Assembly: GCA_018725535.1 (NCBI GenBank)
Contig: QLUS01000003.1
Coordinates: forward strand, 1 to 35,998
DNA: 35,998 nt
Direction: 5' to 3'
From: Bacillota bacterium
Lineage (GTDB): Bacteria; Bacillota; UBA994
In this document: positions 8,674 to 17,724 of the stretch, one piece after another
How the letters are laid out: each line of letters starts with the position of its first letter
How positions within the stretch are numbered: position 1 is the first letter of the stretch
Notes under the pieces: generated by a model
What the model was told of the DNA's origin: nothing
The model's database searches: none
What the model saw: the letters and a program-made list of their open reading frames with translations, nothing else
Made by a program: the position numbers and the translations under genes

Positions 8674-8715
8674 GTCACCAAAACTCCCCTCGGCAGTTGC
8701 ATTTCGCGTCGCCCG

Positions 8716-9534
8716 TTACTTTGGAATTCGCACCACAAATTCGTAGTGGGTTTCCCCGTCCCTCTCCTCTACTTGTGCCGCCACGCCGTTCTTCTTCATG
8801 AGGTCGATTGCCTGACGCACAGAATTAACGAAAATCCTCACATCCCTCACGAAAAACCGCCTAATCGGCTTAACCGCCGCCATAGCCACAGCCTCCTCTT
8901 CACTTTCGCCAGCGAGAAAGCGCTCCACCGCCTCCTCTGTCTGTTTAACCGTCATCTCCTCACTCACTGCCAACGCCGCAAGCGTGGTCTGCACTTGATG
9001 GCTGTCAAGCTTAAGTAGCGCACGCGCGTGGCGCTCCGAAAGTGCCCCCGTTGCCAGCAAGTCCTTAACCCCGTCCGCGAGCTTAAGCAAGCGGCGCTTG
9101 TTGGCTACGGTAGACTGACTCATCCCCAGTCGCTTAGCTAGCTCCTCTTGGGTAAGGTTAAAGTCGTTAAGCAACTGGTCATAGGCCAAAGCTTCCTCTA
9201 ACACGTTTAGGTCCTCGCGCTGCAAGTTCTCAATCAGGGTAGCCTGAGCAACCTCTTGATCAGTGTACTGTTTCACCACTACGGGGACGGTCGCTAGCCC
9301 AGCGGCTTTCGCCGCACGCACTCTGCGTTCGCCAGCCACCAGTTCGTACACGGATCCTAACTTGCGCACAATCAGGGGTTGAATAATTCCCACTTGTTTA
9401 ATGGATGCGGCAAGCTCATTAATGTTCTCCTCAGGAAAGGTCTTGCGCGGTTGGTAGGGGTTAGGCCGAACCTCGTTGACGTTTATCTGCAGCACTTGCT
9501 CGGTATTACCGCCACTAAACCACTTCATCCCCAT
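8716..9534 (-). CDS. noc: Nucleoid occlusion protein Noc (ParB paralogue)
   Basis: ParB fold with an amphipathic N-terminus (MKWFSG), 'STVANKRRLLKL', 'ERHARALL', 'RDVRIFVNSVRQ...VRIPK'. Located between rsmG and parA. Confidence 0.9.
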   Translation of the reverse strand: MGMKWFSGGNTEQVLQINVNEVRPNPYQPRKTFPEENINELAASIKQVGIIQPLIVRKLGSVYELVAGERRVRAAKAAGLATVPVVVKQYTDQEVAQATLIENLQREDLNVLEEALAYDQLLNDFNLTQEELAKRLGMSQSTVANKRRLLKLADGVKDLLATGALSERHARALLKLDSHQVQTTLAALAVSEEMTVKQTEEAVERFLAGESEEEAVAMAAVKPIRRFFVRDVRIFVNSVRQAIDLMKKNGVAAQVEERDGETHYEFVVRIPK

Positions 9535-9574
9535 CGCTCCTCTAGTCCGAAGGACTCGTACCTGCTCCTACCCT

Positions 9575-9602
9575 GTTCTACGCCGCCCGCCTTCTCTCCT
9601 GC
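9575..9602 (-). promoter_or_regulatory. Possible sigma-H-type promoter upstream of noc
   Basis: The minus strand reads GCAGGAGAG-12 bp-GTAGAAC, resembling the sigma-H consensus RNAGGAWWW-11/12-RNNGAAT. Confidence 0.3.
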
Positions 9603-9616
9603 CTAATCCGCAAGCT

Positions 9617-10324
9617 CTACAACGGTTGCTTACTCGGCAATCCCGCGCGGCGAGGATATGTGGGCGGCGTCGGACGGAACTTCTTCACCGCGACTAACAC
9701 TCGCTGCTCACCGCCTCCCGGCAGTGTCCACGCGGAAGTCGTCAATTCTCCGCCCCCGAGCACCTTGACGGCTCTCTCTGCCGCCTCTACTTCCCTAAAA
9801 GCCGCCGTTCCCTTCATGGCTAGCATAATGCCTCCTCGCTCTACAAGCGGCAAGCAGTACTCCGCCAGTACATTTAGGCTACCCACGGCCCGTGTAACGG
9901 CATATGCATATCGTTCGCGGTGTTCCGGCATCCGGCCCAAGTCCTCTGCCCGCGCTTGCACTACCCTGACGCCGCCAAGGCCAAGTCTGACCACTACCTC
10001 CTCCAGAAAACGCACGCGCTTACCCAAGCTGTCAACTAGTGTCACGTAGAGACTAGGACAAGCGATAGCAAGTGGAATCCCAGGGAATCCAGCCCCGCTG
10101 CCGACGTCAACAACTTTACCTTGCGACTTAATCACTAACAGTGCTGACAAACTGTCCAAGAAATGCTTGCGCCACACTTCACCCGGGGTGTTAATTTTTG
10201 TAAGATTAAACTTAGCGTTGTACTCAAGTAAAAATTCAAGATAAAAGGAAAAGTGTCCAAGCGCATGCGGCGGCAACGGCACCCCTAGCGCCTCACACTC
10301 CTTAACAAACTCCGCTTTATCCAT
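9617..10324 (-). CDS. rsmG: 16S rRNA m7G527 methyltransferase
   Basis: 'KHFLDSL', 'DVGSGAGFPGIPL', 'RAEDLG', 'YPRRAGLPSKQPL'. Confidence 0.96.
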   Translation of the reverse strand: MDKAEFVKECEALGVPLPPHALGHFSFYLEFLLEYNAKFNLTKINTPGEVWRKHFLDSLSALLVIKSQGKVVDVGSGAGFPGIPLAIACPSLYVTLVDSLGKRVRFLEEVVVRLGLGGVRVVQARAEDLGRMPEHRERYAYAVTRAVGSLNVLAEYCLPLVERGGIMLAMKGTAAFREVEAAERAVKVLGGGELTTSAWTLPGGGEQRVLVAVKKFRPTPPTYPRRAGLPSKQPL

Positions 10325-10328
10325 GCGA

Positions 10329-12206
10329 CTATCGCCTCTCTAGGTGTACCATCAACATGGCGATGTCAGCTGGTGATACCCCACTGATGCGCGAAGCCTG
10401 ACCATAGGAGCGAGGCTGCACGCGCTCAAGTTTCTCGCGCGCCTCCAGCGAAAGCCCGCGCATCTCACTGTAGCGCACGCCGTTCGGGATAGCCTTAAGC
10501 TCAAGGCGCTGAAAAAGCTCCACCGCCTCACATTGCCTAGCGATATACCCCGCATATTTCACTTCAATAGATACACGCTGTGCCAAGTGCAAAGCGACCT
10601 CACTAAGCTCAGGCACTATGACGCTTAGCCTCTCCCAAGTAATTTCCGGACGCCGCAGCAATGCGGCAGCCGCCGTATTGTGTTCAATCGGGGAGCTAAA
10701 GACGGAGGCGAGATGTCGATTTACGGCTTCCTCCGGGGACACCTTCCGCCGCTCGAGATACTCCACCCACTGTCTAATCCCCGCCTCGTCCTCCCGCAAC
10801 CGCACTAATTCCCGCTCGGGAACCACTCCTACCTCCACCCCCTTAGGCAAGAGACGCGACTCAGCGTTGTCAAACCGCAGAAGCAGCCGATGCTCCGCCC
10901 GTGACGTCATTAGACGATAGGGTTCGCTCGTTCCCTTAGTCACCAAGTCATCAACTAAAACGCCAAGGTAGGCCTCGGATCTAAGCAAAACAAACGGCGG
11001 CAGCCCCCGCACCTTCGCCCCCGCGTTAATGCCGGCCCACAACCCCTGCCCCGCAGCTTCCTCATAGCCTGAGGAGCCGTTAATCTGCCCCGCGAAAAAC
11101 AATCCCGCATAGAGCTTGCTCTCGAGCGCGAGCGTAAGTTGTGTGGGATCCACGAAATCGTACTCTATCGCGTACCCCGCGCGCATCATCTCGGCTTGCT
11201 CGAGCCCGATTACGGAGCGCAGCATCATAACCTGCACGTCCTCCGGCAAGCTCGTAGAAAAGCCCTGCACGTAGACCTCCTCCGTGCTATAGCCTTCCGG
11301 CTCAAGGAAGATCTGATGTCGCTCTTTGTCCGCAAAGCGCACCACCTTATCCTCAATTGAAGGACAGTAGCGCGGGCCGCGCCCCGCGATAAGCCCAGCA
11401 TACAGCGGTGAGCGATGCAGGTTACTGCGGATAATCTCATGCGTCGCGGCGGTAGTGTAAGTTAACCAGCAGGACATTTGCTCTGGCGCAAAACGTGAAC
11501 TACGGCGCGAAAAGCGCGTGTAGCTGGCATCGCCCCGCTGCTCTTCCATTCGGTCGAAGTGGATGCTCCGCCGATGGATGCGCGGCGGTGTGCCCGTCTT
11601 GAGTCGCCCTAGCCTAAATCCTAACGCACGCAGATTCGCCGCTAGCCCGTGCGATGGCATGAGTCCGTTTGGTCCGCTGGCAATAATGGATGCACCGACA
11701 ATTACCGTGCTTTCCATGTAAGTCCCCGTCGTAACTACGACAGCCTCTGCCCGATAGATTGTGCCGGTATGCGTCCGCACGCCGCGAGCCACGCCCGATT
11801 CCACCAAAATTTCCACAACCGATGCCTGGATGATGCGCAGGTTAGGTGTCCTCTCGAGCAGTTCCCGTACCACTTGCTGATAGAGCCGCTTGTCGGTTTG
11901 TGCACGCAGCGCTTGCACTGCCGGTCCCTTACCGGTATTAAGCGTCCGCATCTGTACAAAGGACATGTCCGCTGCGTACCCCATCAGTCCCCCCAGTGCG
12001 TCAATCTCAGCCACCACATGACCCTTAGCCGGACCGCCCACGGACGGATTGCAGGGCATTAAAGCGATTGCCTCCATGCTCTGGGTAAGCAAAGCGACAC
12101 TTAGGCCCATCCGCGCGACGGCATGCGCTGCCTCGCACCCGGCATGTCCTGCCCCCACCACAATGCAGTCAAACTCCCCGCCGCAGTACACTTGGTCTAC
12201 ACTCAC
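10329..12206 (-). CDS. mnmG: tRNA uridine-5-carboxymethylaminomethyl modification enzyme
   Basis: 'GAGHAGCEAA', 'MPCNPSVGGPAKG', 'KTGTPPR', 'GPRYCPSIEDK', 'SRISGVSPADI'. Confidence 0.98.
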   Translation of the reverse strand: MSVDQVYCGGEFDCIVVGAGHAGCEAAHAVARMGLSVALLTQSMEAIALMPCNPSVGGPAKGHVVAEIDALGGLMGYAADMSFVQMRTLNTGKGPAVQALRAQTDKRLYQQVVRELLERTPNLRIIQASVVEILVESGVARGVRTHTGTIYRAEAVVVTTGTYMESTVIVGASIIASGPNGLMPSHGLAANLRALGFRLGRLKTGTPPRIHRRSIHFDRMEEQRGDASYTRFSRRSSRFAPEQMSCWLTYTTAATHEIIRSNLHRSPLYAGLIAGRGPRYCPSIEDKVVRFADKERHQIFLEPEGYSTEEVYVQGFSTSLPEDVQVMMLRSVIGLEQAEMMRAGYAIEYDFVDPTQLTLALESKLYAGLFFAGQINGSSGYEEAAGQGLWAGINAGAKVRGLPPFVLLRSEAYLGVLVDDLVTKGTSEPYRLMTSRAEHRLLLRFDNAESRLLPKGVEVGVVPERELVRLREDEAGIRQWVEYLERRKVSPEEAVNRHLASVFSSPIEHNTAAAALLRRPEITWERLSVIVPELSEVALHLAQRVSIEVKYAGYIARQCEAVELFQRLELKAIPNGVRYSEMRGLSLEAREKLERVQPRSYGQASRISGVSPADIAMLMVHLERR

Positions 12207-13555
12207 TTTCCTATGCAGAATTCGGCAAATATGGCATCGACGACGTCAAGGGAAACCGTCTCGCCCGTAATCTCTCCCAAGCGCTCATAAGCTAGCCGCA
12301 CGTCGGTGGCCACTAATTCCAGCTCCCACCCAGCCATAACCGTGGCAAGCGCGGCAATCACGAGGGTCTGCGTTTCGATGAGGATGCGGGAGTGGCGTAA
12401 GTTTGTCACCAACAGCGACCCCTCCCCACCCACCGCCCGGGAGGCGATCTCTGCGATTTGCCTTATTAGCTCCGCTAGGCCGCGCTTGGTCCTAGCGCTG
12501 ACAAGTAATCGCTCCACCCCTGCGGGCAGATGCATCTCAGCATCTAGGTCAGCCTTAGTAAGCAAAACTATCCGCTCACGCTCGCGTGTTAAGTCTAGTA
12601 ATTCGTAGTCCTGCTCCTGCAGTGGCTCGGAGCTGTCTAGAAGCACCAACACGATATCAGCGGTGGCCAACGCCTGCAAAGTGCGTTCCATACCTAGCTT
12701 CTCCACTAGGTCTTCGCTCTCCCTAAGTCCCGCCGTATCCACTAGCGTCACCAGCACCCCGTTTAGATTGACCATCACTTCCACCGTGTCACGCGTAGTG
12801 CCGGGCTGTGCGGTAACAATGGCGCGCTCTTGCCCGGCAAGGCTATTGAGCAGGCTAGACTTCCCCACATTTGGCCGTCCCGCCAATACAACACGCAGCC
12901 CCTCCCGCGCAACACGGCCCGCATGCACTGTCGCGACAAGTCCGCGCAACATATCTCCTACCTGCGTGAGTTTCCCCGCCACTGCCTCGCGCGTAACGGA
13001 GGGGATATCATTTTCAGGGAAATCAAGCTGTGCCTCCAAGCGAGCTAAGACCAAAAGCAAATGCGAGCGCATGTCTTTGATCTCGTCGCTAAGCATGCCG
13101 CGCAGCTGCCTGCCAGCGTTCTTCAGTCCCACATCGCTCTCCGCCCGAATGATGTCAATAACCGCCTCAGCTTGCGCCAGTGACAGCCTGCCGTTAAGGA
13201 AAGCTCGCTGCGTGAATTCGCCCGGGCCAGCCATACGCGCGCCTTTAGCCAGCAATACTTCCAGCACGCGTCCGGCCACGAATGACCCCCCGTGAATAGA
13301 AAGTTCTATCACGTCTTCGCCTGTAAAGGAACGAGGACCACGAAAGTAGGTGAACAAGCACTCGTCCAGCGGCTCTCCCGCTTGGTCGACCACTTCTCCA
13401 AGGTAGACGCGCCAAGGCTTCACCCGGAAAGGCTGGCGCGAGCGCCGAAACACCTGTTTGGCAACCCCCAGCGCACCCTGCCCGCTTAGACGGACAATGG
13501 CAATCCCTCCCTCGCCGCGCGGGGTAGAGATGGACGCAATGACATCACGCCTCAC
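12203..13555 (-). CDS. mnmE: tRNA modification GTPase
   Basis: 'GRPNVGKSSLLN', 'PGTTRD', 'DTAGLR', C-terminal 'FCIGK'. Confidence 0.98.
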   Translation of the reverse strand: MRRDVIASISTPRGEGGIAIVRLSGQGALGVAKQVFRRSRQPFRVKPWRVYLGEVVDQAGEPLDECLFTYFRGPRSFTGEDVIELSIHGGSFVAGRVLEVLLAKGARMAGPGEFTQRAFLNGRLSLAQAEAVIDIIRAESDVGLKNAGRQLRGMLSDEIKDMRSHLLLVLARLEAQLDFPENDIPSVTREAVAGKLTQVGDMLRGLVATVHAGRVAREGLRVVLAGRPNVGKSSLLNSLAGQERAIVTAQPGTTRDTVEVMVNLNGVLVTLVDTAGLRESEDLVEKLGMERTLQALATADIVLVLLDSSEPLQEQDYELLDLTRERERIVLLTKADLDAEMHLPAGVERLLVSARTKRGLAELIRQIAEIASRAVGGEGSLLVTNLRHSRILIETQTLVIAALATVMAGWELELVATDVRLAYERLGEITGETVSLDVVDAIFAEFCIGK

Positions 13556-13577
13556 CTATGTCCCTCCTAAGCATAAA

Positions 13578-13606
13578 GGGGCTGACTCACCCCGTGAATC
13601 CGCCCC
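13578..13606 (-). terminator. Putative intrinsic terminator / hairpin between jag and mnmE
   Basis: The minus strand reads GGGGCGGATTCAC-ggg-GTGAGTCAGCCCC followed by TTTAT. Confidence 0.45.
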
Positions 13607-13636
13607 CCACAACTCCTGCTCTCTTCGCCCGCCCCA

Positions 13637-14275
13637 CTAATGCTCTTGCCTTAAGGCAATAATCACCTTGCGAAAGGGTTCATCTCCCTCGCTGTGGGTT
13701 ACAATGTCCTTATCGTCCTGGAGCGCCATGTGGATTACCCTGCGTTCGTATGCCCCCATGGGTTCCATAATCACCCTACGTCCACTAAACTTAGCCTTGG
13801 CTGCTAGTTTCAGCGCTAACTCCACCAGCGACTCTTGGCGCTTAGCCCGATAGCTGTTGACGTCGAGCAACACGCGCCTATTCCCACCTGCACGGGAGTA
13901 CACGACAGCGGCTAGTACCTGCAAGGCCTCGATTGTCTGTCCGCGCTTGCCAATCAAGCGGCTTGCGTTAGCACCCGTAAGTTCAAGTTTAAAATTTTCG
14001 TCTTCGGTTTGACCCGGAGCGCAAGTGACGCCTAGGGCGCCCATTCGCGTTGCAAGCTCAGTAAGAAAGGCTACGGCCTTCTCCTCAGGCGAAACGCGCC
14101 GCGTGACCTTGACACGCGCCATCCTGCCGCCTAAAATCCCAAATAGCCCTTTTGTCGGTTCCTCTAGCACACAAACATCGACTTGATATCGCGCCACACC
14201 TAACTCGGCTAACCCTAAACCGACAGCTTCCTCAACTGTCTTTGCGGTCTTTTCTACGCTCTGCCGCAGTTCCAT
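13637..14275 (-). CDS. jag: RNA-binding protein Jag/EloR/KhpB (Jag_N, KH, R3H)
   Basis: 'AKTVEEAV...KGLFGILG', 'LIGKRGQTIEALQ', 'ERRVIHMAL...SEGDEPFRKVII'. Confidence 0.95.
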   Translation of the reverse strand: MELRQSVEKTAKTVEEAVGLGLAELGVARYQVDVCVLEEPTKGLFGILGGRMARVKVTRRVSPEEKAVAFLTELATRMGALGVTCAPGQTEDENFKLELTGANASRLIGKRGQTIEALQVLAAVVYSRAGGNRRVLLDVNSYRAKRQESLVELALKLAAKAKFSGRRVIMEPMGAYERRVIHMALQDDKDIVTHSEGDEPFRKVIIALRQEH

Positions 14276-14948
14276 CAGTGCCTGCCTCCCCTGTCATCCG
14301 TACCTGGAAATACCGACCGAACAGCTCCTGTTGCACAATGGAAAACACGTTGCGCGATACCCAGTAAAGCGCGAGTGCGGTCGGGAAACTGATGGTAATG
14401 TACCCCATAAACAGCGGCATTACATACAGCATGGTGCGTGAAGTCTGGTCATTAGCCTGCACCGTCTGCTTCGACTGCCAAAAGGTCGTGACCACAGAAA
14501 GCACAGGTAAAATCCAATACACCAAACTGAGGCCAAAAATAGATTGCTCGGCGTTAGGAAGAGTAAGATTCAGACCAATCCACATGGGATTGGCGGCAAA
14601 AAGCCCCGGTCTCTGCAACATGTTAAACATCGCGATGAGAATAGGGAACTGGATAAGGAGCGGCAGACACCCCATCGCCGGGTTGATGTTATACTTCTTC
14701 CAGAGCTCCATCGTAGCCTGATTAAGTTTGGCTTTGTCCTCTTTTTTGCTGTACTTCTTCCTCAGAGCTGCCGTTTCAGGTGCCGCTAGCTGCATGCCAC
14801 GTGTGAATGACATTTGCTTTAGGTTAAGCGGCAGTGTAATAATCATCACCGCTAAAGACAGCAAAATCACGGCAGAACCGTAATTACCAGTATAGGTGAA
14901 AAAGAACTCGAGTATGCCCCCGAGGAGCGAGTTAAGGAATTCAATCAC
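14232..14948 (-). CDS. yidC: Membrane protein insertase YidC/Oxa1/SpoIIIJ
   Basis: 'NYGSAVILL', 'INPAMGCLPLLIQFPIL', 'ALALYWVSRNVFSIVQQ'. Confidence 0.95.
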   Translation of the reverse strand: MIEFLNSLLGGILEFFFTYTGNYGSAVILLSLAVMIITLPLNLKQMSFTRGMQLAAPETAALRKKYSKKEDKAKLNQATMELWKKYNINPAMGCLPLLIQFPILIAMFNMLQRPGLFAANPMWIGLNLTLPNAEQSIFGLSLVYWILPVLSVVTTFWQSKQTVQANDQTSRTMLYVMPLFMGYITISFPTALALYWVSRNVFSIVQQELFGRYFQVRMTGEAGTDGTAAERRKDRKDS

Positions 14949-15175
14949 TACCCATCATCCCCCTTGTCAATTAACGGGTCATAGCCTCCCCTGCTAAAAG
15001 GGTGGCAGCGCATCAGTCGTCTCAGGGCGAGCACTCCCCCGCGTGACAGCCCGTATTTCTTGATTGCCTCCGCTGCGTACTCACTGCAGGTGGGCCGAAA
15101 TTTACAGGTGGGTCCTCTAAGTGGAGATAGATAGCGCTGATACACCGCTATTAACAATAACGCTGCCTGCTTCAT
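14948..15175 (-). CDS. yidD: Membrane protein insertion efficiency factor
   Basis: 'YQRYLSP...CKFRPTCSEYA..AI.KYG...RCHPFSRGGYDP'. Confidence 0.95.
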   Translation of the reverse strand: MKQAALLLIAVYQRYLSPLRGPTCKFRPTCSEYAAEAIKKYGLSRGGVLALRRLMRCHPFSRGGYDPLIDKGDDG

Positions 15176-15509
15176 GGCCCACCCAAACTTTCAGACGCTT
15201 AGCTACAGAAATAAACTCCCGCTCCATCTCCAACAACGAGGCTTTCACTGCGCCGCTTCGGGCAATTAAAACATAGAAATGTCCATGCGCTAGCTGCCTA
15301 AGGTGTTTACGCACTACTTCCTTGAGCCGCCTTTTCGCGCGATTGCGCACTACGGCAGTGCCGAGCTTCCTGCCAGCCGAGAAACCTATGCGCAGTTCCC
15401 CCTCGCTTGGCAAAACATACAGCACTAGGACACGCCCGGCGGCAGATCGACCCGTCCCATACACGCGGGAAAACTCAGTCCGCTTGCGTAGCCGATAACG
15501 CTTCTGCAT
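15117..15509 (-). CDS. rnpA: Ribonuclease P protein component
   Basis: 'RLRKRTEF', 'RIGFSAGRKLGTAVVRNRAKRRLKE'. Its 3' end overlaps yidD by 59 nt. Confidence 0.95.
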   Translation of the reverse strand: MQKRYRLRKRTEFSRVYGTGRSAAGRVLVLYVLPSEGELRIGFSAGRKLGTAVVRNRAKRRLKEVVRKHLRQLAHGHFYVLIARSGAVKASLLEMEREFISVAKRLKVWVGHEAGSVIVNSGVSALSIST

Positions 15510-15515
15510 GCTCGT

Positions 15516-15650
15516 TTAGGCCGAGAGAGCCTTTCTGCCCTTTAGACGTCGGCGTTTGAGCACTTTGCGTCCATTAGCGGTGCTCATCCGCTCGCGGAAA
15601 CCATGCACTTTCTTACGTTGGCGATTGTTAGGTTGAAATGTGCGCTTCAT
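15516..15650 (-). CDS. rpmH: 50S ribosomal protein L34 (absent from the ORF track)
   Basis: Manual translation: [54 protein letters not shown] upstream. Confidence 0.97.
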   Translation of the reverse strand: MKRTFQPNNRQRKKVHGFRERMSTANGRKVLKRRRLKGRKALSA

Positions 15651-15750
15651 ATATTCACTCTCCCTTCAGAGCCTGAAGTCTATTCAAGTACCTCATCAAT
15701 TGTACCAAAGGGTTACAGACTGGTCAACGCACAAGGCGTGTTGTTCCTCA

Positions 15751-16034
15751 TGTCGAAACGTGTCGATTATGCACACCTGTTGATAACCCTGTGGATAAGC
15801 TGTGGGTTTTGTGGTATAACTGCAAAAGGAGTCGCATCACAGGAGCAGGTCTGTAGGGCCGTGTCAAAAACGCATATATTTTCGCCCCACACATTTGTTC
15901 TCCACAGCTGTGGATTAGTCTGTGGATATCTTATGTGTCGAATCGTCACCTTTGCTGTCGTTTCAGCTATTCCCCATATGGTTTTTTCCCTTTTCACCGT
16001 CTATCCACATCTGATGTGGATGAATTGTGGGCAA
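15751..16034. promoter_or_regulatory. oriC part 1: DnaA-box cluster between rpmH and dnaA, with Spo0A-type boxes
   Basis: DnaA boxes: TTATGCACA 15767, TGTTGATAA 15778, perfect TGTGGATAA 15790, TTCTCCACA 15898, TGTGGATTA 15909, TGTGGATAT 15921, CTATCCACA 16001, TGTGGATGA 16015. TGTCGAA occurs at 15751 and 15936. Confidence 0.9.
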
Positions 16035-16125
16035 GTTTCTCCTCGTTTCTTCTCGCATCGCGGTAGGATTCGACTCCCCCCGCGTCGAAAGGAACAATTC
16101 GACCTTTTGCATTGGAGGAATGGTA

Positions 16126-17454
16126 ATGTCTACATCCTCGCCTGCGCTTTGGCAAGCAGCCCTAGAACTTTTGCAGACCAATCTAAGCAAGCATCAGTTC
16201 GACACTTGGCTGTTGCCCTGCAAAGCCGTTTCACTCCAAGGCCAAACTATGTATATTTTGGCTGCCACGGAATTTAACCGCAACTGGCTGGAAAACCACT
16301 ATGCCGGCGCAGTACAAAAGGCTCTGTCCACCGTTGCGGGAAAAGAACTTAACATAAAGTTTGTCTCCCACAAGGATGATCTCCCGCTTGTTCCTCCCGT
16401 GGTCGAGCGCACTCAGGATGACGCAGCTCTAGGACTTAACCCTCGCTATGTCTTTGACAGTTTTGTCATCGGCGAGAGCAACCGCTTCGCCCACGCCGCC
16501 TCCTTGGCTGTGGCCGAGGCTCCGGGGAGAGCTTACAACCCGCTGTTTATCTATGGGGGAGTGGGTCTTGGCAAGACTCACCTGATGCATGCCATCGGTC
16601 ATTTTGCCCTATCCCGCTTTCCACTAAAACGAGTGCTGTACCTCTCTTGCGAAAAGTTCACTAACGACTTTATCTCCTCAATTCAGCAGCGGAAGACAAC
16701 TGAGTTTCGTGCGCGGTACCGTTCTATTGACCTCTTGCTCATAGATGACATTCAGTTTCTCACGGGCAAAGAACAGACTCAAGAAGAGTTCTTTCACACT
16801 TTTAACGCCCTGCATGGATCAAACAAACAAATCATCATCTCTAGCGACCGTCCCCCAAAAGAAATTGCCACACTAGAAGATAGGCTGCGCTCACGCTTTG
16901 AATGGGGACTTATTACAGACATCCAACCACCAGATCTCGAAACGCGCGTGGCCATTCTCTGTCAAAAAGCGGAACAGGATAACTTTCGCGTTCCTTTAGA
17001 GCTAATGGCCTACATTGCCGCCCGGATTCACAGTAACATCCGCGAATTAGAGGGCGCACTGATTCGCATTATGGCCTACGTGGCTTTTAGTAAGCGTCAG
17101 GTAACACGAGAGCTTATCGACGAGGTTCTAAAAGGCCTTTTCCCCCAGGAAAGACAGCGGTCCATTACCATAGAGGACATAAAGAAAACAGTAGCTCTCC
17201 ATTTTGGACTGAAAGTAGATGACCTTACCGCCCAGAAGCGCACCCGTTTAGTCACTCATCCTCGCCAAGTGGCTATGTACCTCTGCCGCAAGTTAACCGC
17301 CGCCTCTCTCCCCCGCGTCGGTGAAGAATTTGGCGGCAGAGATCACACCACGGTTATCCATGCCTGTGAAAAAATCGAACAAGACCTTGCGAAGGACAAT
17401 GGTTTCCAAAAGGTATTAAAAGAGATTGAGCAAAAGTTATTCACACTTAGTTAA
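16126..17454 (+). CDS. dnaA: Chromosomal replication initiator DnaA
   Basis: 'YNPLFIYGGVGLGKTHL', 'LLIDDIQF', 'FGGRDHTTVIHA'. Start taken as ATG 16126 because GGAGG lies at 16114-16118. Confidence 0.98.
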   Translation: MSTSSPALWQAALELLQTNLSKHQFDTWLLPCKAVSLQGQTMYILAATEFNRNWLENHYAGAVQKALSTVAGKELNIKFVSHKDDLPLVPPVVERTQDDAALGLNPRYVFDSFVIGESNRFAHAASLAVAEAPGRAYNPLFIYGGVGLGKTHLMHAIGHFALSRFPLKRVLYLSCEKFTNDFISSIQQRKTTEFRARYRSIDLLLIDDIQFLTGKEQTQEEFFHTFNALHGSNKQIIISSDRPPKEIATLEDRLRSRFEWGLITDIQPPDLETRVAILCQKAEQDNFRVPLELMAYIAARIHSNIRELEGALIRIMAYVAFSKRQVTRELIDEVLKGLFPQERQRSITIEDIKKTVALHFGLKVDDLTAQKRTRLVTHPRQVAMYLCRKLTAASLPRVGEEFGGRDHTTVIHACEKIEQDLAKDNGFQKVLKEIEQKLFTLS

Positions 17455-17670
17455 CAGAGTTCTCCACAATTACTGTGGATAATTCGTACTTATTCTCGTT
17501 CTGTGTATATTTTTCTCCTTACCTCACCTTTTACCCACAGGTTATTTTCCCCCCACAAATCGGCGGTTTCTCGGCTTTAGGCTTTCTCCACATATGCACA
17601 CCCTCTACGGAAACTACTATGACTTTTACTAACTTAATATTTATATGCCTTCTCAACTTTACTTAAAACC
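17438..17670. promoter_or_regulatory. oriC part 2: DnaA boxes, DnaA-trios and AT-rich unwinding element between dnaA and dnaN
   Basis: TTATTCACA 17438, TTCTCCACA 17460, TGTGGATAA 17474, TTACCCACA 17531, tandem TTCTCCACA/ATATGCACA 17584-17600. These are followed by CTACTATGACTTTTACTA (17614-17631) and the AT-rich ACTTAATATTTATAT. Confidence 0.9.
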
Positions 17671-17724
17671 ACTCTGACGGCATATCCGGGATTATGCAGA
17701 GTGGCATTGAACGGAGGAAGAACG

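Noticed and set aside
1498-14789. Numerous + strand ORFs antisense to the minus-strand genes (e.g. 7120-7731, 12663-13295), and similar minus ORFs within dnaN-gyrA
   Set aside because: They are shadow ORFs of well-supported genes in GC-rich coding DNA, with Ser/Arg/Ala-biased composition and no motifs.
16027-16125. N-terminal extension of DnaA from GTG 16027
   Set aside because: There is no RBS and it starts inside a DnaA-box-like motif. GGAGG at 16114-16118 supports ATG 16126.
15603-16277. 224-aa + strand ORF and short minus ORFs spanning the rpmH-dnaA intergenic region
   Set aside because: They overlap rpmH antisense, the DnaA-box cluster and dnaA out of frame, and show no recognisable motif. 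They are spurious.
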